A stretch of DNA of 64,000 bases from Pocillopora damicornis (lineage: Eukaryota). The notes below the pieces were generated by a model. That model was not told the origin of the DNA. It did no database searches and was given only the letters and a program-made list of their open reading frames with translations. Made by a program: the position numbers and the translations under genes. The stretch covers positions 1-64,000 of the forward strand of contig NW_020845796.1 in the NCBI RefSeq assembly GCF_003704095.1, read 5' to 3'. Positions within the stretch are counted from its first letter, which is position 1, and each line of letters starts with the position of its first letter. This document shows positions 12,157 to 23,757 of this stretch, piece by piece.

Positions 12157-14936
12157 ATGGAGCAAAAAGACGTGTATTACAACAAAGCAGAATATATAGA
12201 AACTGTAAGTGTAACAGATCGTTGATTTGAAACCCTACATGATTCAATTTAGGCGTGTGCTTGAACCATCTGGAGGCATTCTCCATTCTTCACGAGGAGT
12301 TAAACTTGTTTATTTGTTACTCAGGCATCAGGAAATAAAGTAAGCCGTCAGTCAGTTCTCTGTGGGAGTCAAAATATTGTTTTAAACGGAAAGGTAGGTC
12401 TTATAAAATCGGAGTGGTATTTCACTGTCATCAAATATCATTGAAAGTTGTTTACTGATCAACAATATTAATCCCTCTTTCAGACAATCATTCAATCGGA
12501 TTGTATTTTACGTGGAGATCTTGCAAATGTCAGAATCGGAAGACAGTGCGTGATCAGTAAAAGAAGTGTAATTAGGCCGCCATTTAAGAAATTCAGCAAA
12601 GGGTTTGTGTTGTTTTTTGTTATTAACCCTCTTTGCCCAAACATCAGTATGCATATTCTCTATACTGTTCTTTATACATTTCCTAAAGTACTGACAAGGA
12701 GAACTTGTTTAACAATCAAGAGCTTCTTTAGTAGGTGATCATTTCCTTTATTCTCCTGACCTCAATATGTGATTCAGGGGTGATTCTGTAAGGAGAAATT
12801 AGATGCTGGTCATTTGAAGAGGTCAAAGGGTTAACATTTCTTAACATTTCTGCCTTATTAATTATTAGTTATTATTAAGTAATTACTAGGGAAGATGGAA
12901 TTTTTTTACAACTTAATGGCTTGTTTTTCAAGTGCGAGAACTATACTGTTATATCTCAAGAATACTGAATTGATTGTACTTCTCTTCTGATTTGTATTTA
13001 GAGTTGCATTCTTTCCCCTCCATATTGGAGACCATGTTATTATTGAAGAGGATTGTGTCATCAATGCTGCTCAAGTTGGTTCTTATGTCCACATAGGAAA
13101 AAACTGTGTAATTGTAAGTTTGAAAATTAAAGTATACCTTATAAACAGTAGATTACTAAATTACTACTAACTAAACTTTCTGCTGATGAGAACATCTTCT
13201 TTTGAATAATACTGGTCTATGTGTCTACCTAGTTCTAAAATGCATTAATTAACTTACAGCCCGTCTGTAATTTGTCTTGATAGAATATGTTGGGTTGAAA
13301 TGCATTCACATTTTTCAAGATCATATTTCATCCTAAGCTAACATTGTATTACCTTGGTGCTAAATTTTCTTCATCTGAATAAAAGAAGGATTAAGCCACA
13401 GATTTGAAGTCCTCATATTTATATTCCTTAAATTTTCCTTTACCATATGTTAATGATCTGCTGGATTAGTCCCTCTCTCAAGAATATTTGGATGACACTT
13501 AACAATAAAGTCTTGAGATGAATTTTGCAATTTGGACAGAAAATGTGGAATTCAAAATTTCACATCATGCTGCTCCTCTTATTTTTTAGAGGAGTTATTT
13601 TAAAGGATCAAATCAAAACTGCCCAAGAAATACAAATAATAATTGCAATTATTGAAGTAAAGGATTACCATTTTTCTGTTTGATGTCTTTTTAAGGGTCG
13701 CCGAAGTGTATTAAAAGATTGTTGTGCTATAGCTGATAACACAGTCCTCCCCCCTGAAACTGTTGTTCCACCTTTTACTCTGTATTCAGGCTCACCAGGT
13801 ATGTCACCAATTTTTCTGTACAACTTTAGTTCCCATTATGACTAAATTGAACTGAACCACCTCCTCACCCGACTCTGATGCTTACTTCTCCACAGGTTAA
13901 CAAAATTTAAGCCTTGATAAAAAACAACAGTTCCTCCAGAGAATACATTCACCTGATTGTTCAAATCATATGGTGCACACCCCTATTTCTTCATTGTAAC
14001 AAAATCCTGCATATGTCATCAAACACTTTGATCAGTTTGTGCCCCTAACCCTTCAAGTCCCAGAAGTGATTCATGTGTAACTTCTCCCTAAAATATCCAT
14101 CCACAATCTAGCAAACAGGTAATGAGAGTACTCAAATGTATCGGGTAGAAGTTGTTATCTTGATCTAACACCAAATTCTTGTAACTAATTTACAAGGAAA
14201 TGTATAGCAGCAAGAGGGGAGAATTAACAATCAGATCCTGGGAGTTAAAGGGTTAGGGGATTTTTCATAGGAAACCCTGGAGAGTATTTGTTTATAATTG
14301 AACACAAACATTAATCTCCTCAAACATAGTACTTTTTATGGGTGTTCTGTCACACTAACCTGTTAGTTTCTTTGTTTTACCCTATTACTTTGGATGACTT
14401 TTTCTCCTTAAAAGCTTCAGATTTTACATAGTTAATGTGATTTATCATAGATGAATCACAGACCAGCAATTAAAAGACACAAGAGAAATGTTTTCAAATT
14501 GGATCAATGATAATTAGCATATAGTGAAACAGTGGTTAGCATTGAAGGCGTGCTCTGATTGGCTACTCAAAGTCCAAATATCCTTTGTTATTCACCTCCA
14601 AGCAAGTCAAGCAGACTTTGCACCTGAAAATATTTTAACCCTTACTGGAACAAATGAGTTAAAATCATCTTTTTGTGCTATATCATTTTACTGTTTTAAT
14701 ATCACATTGTGCTAAAGTGACTTTCTACCTCAATGTCAGTGGCCAGTGGTGTTCCACCATCAGCCACTGCACTTCGGTGTTTAGATTTTAATTATAACAA
14801 AGTGAAACAACTCACTTACGGTGCTTTCTTGTCAGGTGTGTTCTCAGCAGAATTACCAGAATGTATGCAGGAAATTATGACAGAGAAAACGAAAGACTAT
14901 TACCAACACTTTCTACCCATTTCAGAAGAGAAATGA
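12157..14936 (+). CDS. DCTN5: Dynactin subunit 5 (p25), left-handed beta-helix protein
   Basis: Exons 12157-12204, 12325-12393, 12484-12602, 13002-13113, 13696-13798, 14836-14936. Translation [115 protein letters not shown] closely matches metazoan DCTN5. Confidence 0.96.
12623..12834. mobile_element. TTAA-flanked piggyBac-type MITE, subfamily B
   Basis: TTAA-CCCT...AAAGGG-TTAA, 212 bp, in DCTN5 intron 3. Confidence 0.8.
14045..14256. mobile_element. piggyBac-type MITE, subfamily C (reverse orientation)
   Basis: CTAA-CCCTTCAAGTCCCAG...CTGGGAGTTAAAGGG-TTAG, 212 bp; near-colinear with 39676-39887. Confidence 0.8.
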
Positions 14937-16487
14937 CAATCAGACGACTTCATAGCCTATCTATTTAAACAATTAGGCGAGTTTTTGTGATTATGAAAAT
15001 ATAAAACAAAGGCAGAAGGTTGTGGGTTTTGTTGTGTGGATCAGGTTTCCTCCATTCATTGGTTTTCTTTATAATCAAATTATGGAATGTAATTCATTAG
15101 CCATAATAGCTGTAAGTCCTCTTATAAATGGTTACTGTTTCATGCTGGGGGTCCTCTGGTAGATATTTAATTTGTAAAAGCCAATGATATCAAGTATTTG
15201 TGACAGTTGAGTCATGCTAAGGAAAATAGATAGTGAAGTGTAAGGAGCTTGTCTCCATCTGCTTAATTTGCATGTTAGCAAATAACATAGATTCTCGGGA
15301 AAATAAATTGTTTAGTGTAAGGTGCTGTGTCTATATCATGCTACATTTACAAATTACAGACATTCCAAAGATGATAACTTTAAATGATAAGTTACTAAAG
15401 GTACATGATATAAATCATGTATACGACTTCTTTTTCTCCCTGACACTTACAGAATAATTTTGGCCAGGATATTTTTGATGATTTAGACTTAAAGAAAAGG
15501 AATAAGTCAATCTAGTGATAAAAAGTATTTTCTTCATGGGTAATCTCACAAGAAACTCAAAATGATGTAAAAGAGGCCCGTTAGTGATAGGGACTACTAC
15601 TCAAGAAAATCTGATTCTCTTTTTTCTCTTAAAACTGCAAGGAGGGAAAAGGCAGACAGATAGACGGGCAGACATTATTTAACAGCTAAATGTAGCATAG
15701 TAATAATGTGAGCTCAGTGATGTGTGGGTTGTAGAATACTGCTCAAACCATAGCTTGGTTTAAAGGGGAGTGCACAATCTCAGAGAACAAGTACTTAGGC
15801 TGATGTGAATCTTATTTTGCATGGTTGAAAATTCTCACTTGGAAAATTACAGCCAACTAGAACACAGTATTCCAGAAATTAAGTGTTCTAAAATAGGATA
15901 TACATGGAAGTCACTTGGGTGAACATCTGTTGTAACAGAAAGCACACGCAAAGTTTATGGTTATGGTGATGTTTGGATAGCAAACACCTGATTAACAGTT
16001 TTTAATGCTTATTTTTGTTAGTTATTAGGCAAAATAAAAAAAATGTAGCTATATACACCATGCAAACTGTTTGGAATACTTACTTTGTTTAACTCTGCAG
16101 GCGTTGACCTGTTGACATTATTAGCATTTACATTTGCGATAGCTGACTTTTTGTGTTTACAAAACTTCATTGCGAGGGGTGGCACAGGAGAGTTTGGCAT
16201 GGTTATGTTACCCTGAGACAGTATGAGGGTTTGCATGACTTGATGCAAGAGATAATTCTGCATTTTGCTGATATGTAGGTAGCCTAATCTTCCTTGTTAG
16301 CACCTTGGACCACATTTAAATATATCAGGAGAATGTAAAGGCCCCTCTGATCCGTGAAAAACGTGGGTTTTTTCGAAGCAGTTCTACGATATTCGATCGT
16401 CTTGTTTCGAGTTTCCATCCCAATTCCACGTTCCTCGTTTGCCATTATCTATCTTCCAGTCTCTCGCAAATCAAGTATTCTTTCAAT

Positions 16488-18275
16488 ATGGCGGACGCCG
16501 GCAGTGAGTTACGAAAGTTTACCACGGATTTATCACTGTACGAAAAAGGAAGACCAGAATACACTCAAGAATCTGTTAGATGTCTCCTTAATCGTGTCGG
16601 TGTACTGCCCTGGGACAGGAAGGAGCCCATAAAACTTTTAGAGATTGCCTCTGGAACTGGAAAATTTACGCGAGCTATGGTTAAGGTGTTAGAGGCAGAG
16701 AGAGCTAACGTGGAAGTCATTGCCAGTGACTCTCAGGAGGTAATGTGCGATACGTTCCGAAAACTTGTCCCTGGAATCGAGGTGTATCACTTCCCGGCAG
16801 AGAAAATCGGTGAGGCACAATCCACGCCATCATGATGTTTGACTCCCTCTTGACCTTCTAACTCAAATTATGTTGAAAATAACCCATTTCAGCGAGTTAT
16901 CCATTTCTCGGTTTACTACATAAGAGAAGCCCTCCCTTGTTTTTTATTTAGAATTTGACTTATCTCTTTATTCCTAAGAGCGGTCGTAAATATACCTATA
17001 CAGGCTCTTATAATTTCGCAAGAACTGGAGCTTGGGCCACCTGTGCACGCACACACTTTGATCTCTAACATGCGGAACACTAAATTTTGTATGTGGAGAG
17101 CAGCGAGTCAAATCAACCACGTTACCCCTATTCCTTGGGAGGACTTTGAATTTTCTCTTTTTGTCACACTCGAGATGATACCAAAAACACCTTTCGTTTT
17201 TTTTTTTTTTTACAGAGTTTGTTTGACACGAGAAAAGGTCTTCAAATTTGTAACCCATCCTCAGAAGGGGTTGGCCAGTGTTAATTTTGTTCCTGCCTGG
17301 TCTTTGGGTGTATATCATATTATCTTCCACTTGCAGTTTGGAACATACACATACCAGCTTGTTTTATCATACAAGATAATTGATTGGCTTTTAACTGTCA
17401 CATGCTACTGCCCCCCCATAGCCACACCTCTACCAGGTTAGATAGTGTGATCTTGCAATATGTACCCCATAAGAAAAACCGGCAATTTCTTAATGCTCCA
17501 ACTTTGGAAAATATAGTAAGTTTTGAGTCTGTTTAGAGGCCATAATATTTGTAAATATGATTTAATTTATAGTGATAACTATTTCAATTTTTTCTGCATC
17601 AATCTCATCTTATCAGAAAGAGGATGTTGAGGATAAATGTTTTGATAAATGTTTTGATAAATGTCACAGTTTAAACCAGTCAAAAGCATGGTGAAAACAG
17701 TGGCAAAAGTTGCACCCTCTTGCATTCTCCTTTTCAGTGCTACATTTCTTGTCTGAATTATTCCTTTGTCTTGTGTTAAACTTTCAGCTCTGCCAGATGA
17801 AAGCATTCCAGTTATAATTTGTGCACAATCATTTCACTGGTTTGCCAGTGAAAAGTCTGTTGCTGAGATTTGTCGTGTTCTTAAACCTGGAGGCAAGTAC
17901 GGCATGATTTGGAACCATAGAGATTTTTCTGTTCCATGGGTGAGAGCTATGCAAGATATAGTCAATCCATTTGTGAGACAAAAAGATATGCCACCTGATC
18001 CTAGAGAACTAAAATGGATGGAAAGTTTAAATGGCTCTGGCAAAGTTACCTCAGTAGAAAGGGACATTAGCTGTAGAACATACCTGGAAGGAGACATTGA
18101 TAAGATAGTGTCTGTGATCATGTGTATCAGTGCAATCAGCCAGAGCAGCAAAGAAAAGAGAACAATAGTTGAATCTAAGATTAGAGATATTCTGATCAAC
18201 CACCCTGATCTAAAAGGGACACAAATTTATAAGCTACCTTATATCACAGATATCTGCTGGTGTAATAAAAAATGA
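16488..18275 (+). CDS. Class I SAM-dependent methyltransferase (Methyltransf_11-like), 269 aa, two exons
   Basis: Exons 16488-16809 (donor GTGAGG) and 17788-18275 (acceptor tttcag) join in frame (810 nt including stop). Motifs YEKGRPEY, motif I LLEIASGTGKFT, IICAQSFHWF, EICRVLKPGGKYGMIWN. Confidence 0.9.
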
Positions 18276-18796
18276 TAAATCTCCATGATTTTAGTTAGGG
18301 TTTGCAAAATATTGACATAAGGAACAATAGACCAGCAACTTCAGGCATATAAAGAAATTTGAAAGCTGAAGTGCTTTGGTGGAATAAAGTGCAATATTAA
18401 GTAAATGACTTTTCAGTACTCAACTTGAATGTATAACAGCTATTAAGAAGCCCCTGTTTTGTCATTTATTTACAAGGAAGGCTAACAGCCTTTGGATTAT
18501 TCAGATTATATGATGTTGATTATCTTGGTCTCAAATTCTCATATAGTAATTTAGTTCAAAGCAAATGTATTGAAGGTAATCAGCTAACGACAACAACTAG
18601 GATATGTTAGAAAGTGGACCTTAAGATCTTAATTTAAATTGGTAATTATTGTTTAGAAAATAAACATGTCTATCACCAGAAAGATTTGGCTATGTATTGT
18701 AATACAATCTGCAATGTTTGATTAGGATAAAGAATATTGAAAACACGAGCCACATGACTTATATGTATCACAAGCATGAACTGGAAAACAGAACTG

Positions 18797-19079
18797 ATTA
18801 CGATATTTCCTTGAATAAGCACCTATGCTCTAAAAAGTGCTCACCCCCTGAGCAGATACATCAAACAAGCACCCCCTCCTCTCCCACTTTCTTAAATAGT
18901 AGGAACAGAAGAAAAACCTGTTTCTAGTGCCACCCTGTTTATAACTTTTTAAGCTTCAACTACAGCTGAATCACTACAGGTTAAGAGTTTCTTAACAAGC
19001 ACCCTCATTCGAACGAGTGCCCCTTCTTTTAGCTGAAAATTAATTAAGCACTTGGGCACTCACTCTATGAAATACAGTA
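18797..19079. mobile_element. Degenerate MITE with TAC..TATTTC..GAATAAGC-type termini
   Basis: Left TACGATATTTCCTTGAATAAGCACC and right GGGCACTCACTCTATGAAATACAGTA are imperfect inverted repeats; internal AAGCACCC repeats. Confidence 0.45.
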
Positions 19080-20171
19080 TAATGGTTATTACATAGTGAA
19101 TATATGCAATTCAAACAGCTGTCCTTTGGACACAAAACACACATGGACAGTTGAAGTAAAATCAGTATTACTTGTGGGAATTTTAAAGGAAAAGTGAATT
19201 ATTATTGTGTGATCTGCAAGGAAAAAGACTCAGTTTAATGCTACTACTGACAGTGAGTGTAACACTGGAATTTATGGCGACAGTTTATGGATCCTTGGGT
19301 TGTTGAGATCAAATGCATTTTACATCTACACACTTATCAGTGGTATTATTGCATACAAAATAACCAATCCTGGTAAGCATGTAAACTGCTGTGTAAAAAA
19401 GTCTGCCACAATTAATCACAAAATATTAACAAATTATATTCACACGTAGTTTCTGTGATATTTACAACAGGACTGTATGCAACTAGTACGTACAACACTC
19501 CATAAACATGTGACCCTCTCTAGAAGTCGTGTTGTTTACAGACTATGCAATAACTTTTAAGAGAGAGCCTTTGAGGCTATTTACCACATTGGGCCACAAA
19601 GACAACAGATTCAGGTTTCAAACCATTTCCAGAAAGAATTTACATCAATACAAGAAAATTTTCTATTCTTTTCAAACATTTCATGGCATTTCAGGAGACT
19701 CAGATTTTTACCCTCTTCATTTACAGAGGAATTTCTCAAGAGAGTTTCTTGACCACCATGATATACATATTGGTGGAATATGCTCACTTGTAACATGTTA
19801 CTTTTAAGTTTGTGAGTGTTGTGATGTGTATGATTTTGTGTATATAAAATAAGTGTTGCTTTTTTGAGAGCAATATGTCTTGAGAGTTTTCATGTTACTT
19901 TACTTTTCACCAGGCTACTGTTTTGCGGTTGTTTTTGGGACATTGTGCATTTGTTTTCCAATGAAATTTCTATCATTTGCTGGATGTTAGGTCAGATTCA
20001 GTGGGATCATCCTGTTCCCCGAATGGTTACCCTTTGCACACAAATTTTACTCTGCCCTCCCCTTCCTCTTCAGTCAAACTGGCTAGATCTTGTTGTACTG
20101 TACTATCTTTTCAATTCATCCTCTGAGTATGGAGATGTGCTGTTGGGAACTCCAATACTGGTTCATGCAAC

Positions 20172-23100
20172 CTAATCAAGTTCAGCCCTGACGTTCCACA
20201 TCAAAATTTCTGACTGGCTTGTTGAACACAGTAGTTCCCCAGTTGGTGCAAACCTAACATTGTTCACACCATCACAGTGTCCCACGAAATCCTGAAAGCT
20301 TCCCTCATTGTAGTCCATCAGTTTGACTAATCGCTCTGTAAGTAGAGCAAAATAGATTCTCATCGTAAGGGTTCTTATTGATTATAAAACAATTGAGATA
20401 CTGCAAGAGATACTACTTCAGCTTTTGATTTAAAAACTTTTTTTGTGTTCTTCTACAAGAGGGACAAGGTTGGGTTCCCTTATACAGGGAGTTACAATTT
20501 GGTATTGTGTGGTTTACAAACCTTTTCATTCTGAAAATGGTATTGCTTGGATATTGCACAAAGATATGTAAAAGTAAATTTGACTCACATCAAAGGTTTT
20601 GTTAGATTTAATTTCCAGGTGTGTAGAGTTTTGCTTGAGCTCAGACTTGTGCTGTGGGTTTCAACTAAATTTTACCACAATGCCTTTCAAGCAAAAAAAT
20701 AAAATATATTGTAACACCAGACTACCTTCTGTTGCAAAAGCAATGAGATGTCCCATGGGTGATATATCCATGGAGGTCACCCACTGAGTGAGTGCTGCAG
20801 TATGTACAACCTGAAAAGAGACATATATTAGGATGTGAAAAAGTTGACCCCTCACAGCAAAACAAGTCTGAAAACTGAAGGCAGCCATTAGAATAGGCAC
20901 CCCACAACCACAGTAGTCTTTATGAATAGTTTAATTGTACAGATAGTAAATAACAAGTGAACATGCAAACTTCCTGATTTAGATATATACATTTTAGCAT
21001 TTAACATCAACTCTCACAACAAGGCTGTGGGGAATAAAACCAGTAAATTCTGTTGTTTGCTACCCAGGGCTTCACGCCAAGGTCTTTGTGTTAATATTGA
21101 AAATTAACATATTGAAGTTTGGTTCTTGCAAGTGACCTTTCTACTATATTGGAAATATTACTCTAGTCTGCAAACATGGGACAGTGCACCATTGGTTGAA
21201 GTGAGATTGCATGACATCATAGTTATATACATTGAAGATGAGTCAAGACAGGGGAGAAATGAGGGTTGAGCTGCTAAAAAAATATTTTACACACAACATT
21301 TTTTATTTTCTCTTTGTAATTAAGAAAAAAAAACAAAGGAGAATTATCCAGAGTCTCCTAATTTGTGTTGATGACAGAACCAATAGAGTGAGGAAGATGC
21401 TACATTTTGAGTTTGGAAATTTTCAATTTTATTTAAGTGTAGTGCAAAGGGGAATTCTAATGGTACTGGAATGATGGTACCTTTTTCTGAGCCAGACTGT
21501 AGAACTGAACAGCTTTCTGCATGCCATAGCCAGTGTAAACAACAATGTCAGGGTCTGTAGGAGAGAATTGGGCCAGGCTTGGAGGCAGCTGTGAGAAGTG
21601 GGCCTGTTTTAGGTGATATTCATCAACAAATAAGCTTCATGACAAGTAATGTCACTCTCTAACTTATAGCATGATGAAGTCACAGCAAACAGTTATATAC
21701 AGTTATTGATTCTTGCAATGGTATTATTTTGCCCACTGGTCAAGACCTTTATAATTTAAACTCAGTCTAATCATTTGGGATAGGGAAGTACTGACATGCC
21801 TTGCTGCTGGTGGCAGTGACTATAGGTTTCAACAATGTGAGCCAAAGTAAACATCAGAGTGAAGGGACTGATAATGACTCTCAATCTCTTAACTACTGAC
21901 AGCAACCCTTGTAAAGACCACTCTCAGCTGAATGGCGAGACTTCAAGACACATCACCCTCTTACATTGTGGGCATTGTACAAAGTAACCATTACGTTACT
22001 GTTACACTGTTACAAGGAGCCCTTCAAGCTCATAATAAATTAAACTAGTCTAACAATCATGCTAACATCAAGTATGAGATGAACACCAAAAACATGTCAA
22101 ATATTCTTAATATATTTCTACGTGACATACAGGGTCCCCTCTCCTAAGAGCTTGTCCATCAGGTCCAAAGGGTGGGGCAGGAAATGTCAGCCAGTCTACT
22201 AATTCACAGAAGTCTTTGGACCAGTCAGCACTCCAGATACTGATGCGGCGATCAGCACTTGCTGCTAGCCACAGCAATGGGGATGACATTGGGTACTGTT
22301 GATCCTGTGGTGGTGTAAAGAAAAAGAAGAAGAGTTACCAAAATATTTAACAATGTAATGTTAACTCTCTTTAATAATTGTAAGAAACATGTAAAAAAAC
22401 CTAACTTTAAGGCTAAATTATATTGAAAAATCACTACTTAACGAAAGAACTGCATGCATGCTAACTTGCAAGATGAAAGCCATCATTGAATGAATTGTGA
22501 AGCAATGAAAAAGATATTAAATTTTTTTAAATTTAGCATGGAATTTATCGTCGGTCGTTGAATTTTCCTATGGAATCTTGAATTATAACTTAAGATAATT
22601 TAGTCTTCAAAGAAAAAGTTACACTGTAGCTTAAAGTCCAATTATGAGTGGCATGTCTACAGGTATAATGCAAAATGCATGTAACAATGCAGCAATGTTC
22701 ATAAGATAACTCTAGGAAACTTCAGTTGACCTTAATAGATGAGATGTGAATACATGTGATTGGTGCACCCTTGTGATCATTCAGAAGTCTCACTGTCAAC
22801 CCTGTTGAGGGACTACTGATAGCCAGCAAACCATCTTCAGCACCACTGATAATCACTCTTCCTGTAACAGTTATGCATGTATTACAGTGTGTAAAAGGTT
22901 AATGAAGTTACATGCATAACTCAGCATAGTATTTTGCTGTCTTCTTTGTTTTTTGTAAAAGAAGTAACATTAAACCCTTCCACAATGTATCCCAGACACT
23001 CCAACCATCTTGAAGCTCAAGAGAAGAGCCACATGATTTGTAAACTCGTTTTTTAGTGTAAATCTAGAAACCAGAAGAAACACAAAAATATTTTTGGTGA

Positions 23101-23719
23101 AAAAATGCACCGACATATGATGCATACTCTTACCAAAAGATGAGAATGCTATTGCTGTCACTGCGGCAGCATGAGGCTGCATTTTCATAACCATTTCCAC
23201 TTTACCCAAATCAAATATTCTGATAGTTCCATCACTGTACCCAGCAGCACAATGTGAAGGGTGAATAATAGTCTCATCATCAGGTTGAGGCTGTGGGTGG
23301 ACAGTTGCGATAGTCTGTCCCTCGTTTGTGACAGATTTAGTGGGAGTGGCAGTTGGTACTGGACTGAAGGACACACAGTTGCAATTCTGGAAAAAATTTA
23401 GTTGTTGATAAACCCACAAATTTAAAGCTATTTTTTCTACTTTCATCAAGATACTTGCTTCTTTTCTGCAAGGCTTGAAATTTGGGATAAAATCAATTGG
23501 GGAATTTCACCATGAAGCTCAAAGTTTTCCAAAAGCTTTCCTCCCTGAAAACTGTTCCCTTCTTGAAACAGATAATGTCTGAGAATTGACAACTATATAA
23601 GCAGAGTTTGGCATCAAATGGGGACTATTACTTAATACATATTCCAACAGCTTCAGTTTAGGAAAATTTTGGTCCCACGAACTTTTTAAATCAATAACAT
23701 GCCAGCTAAAATATGATGG

Positions 23720-23757
<38 letters not shown>

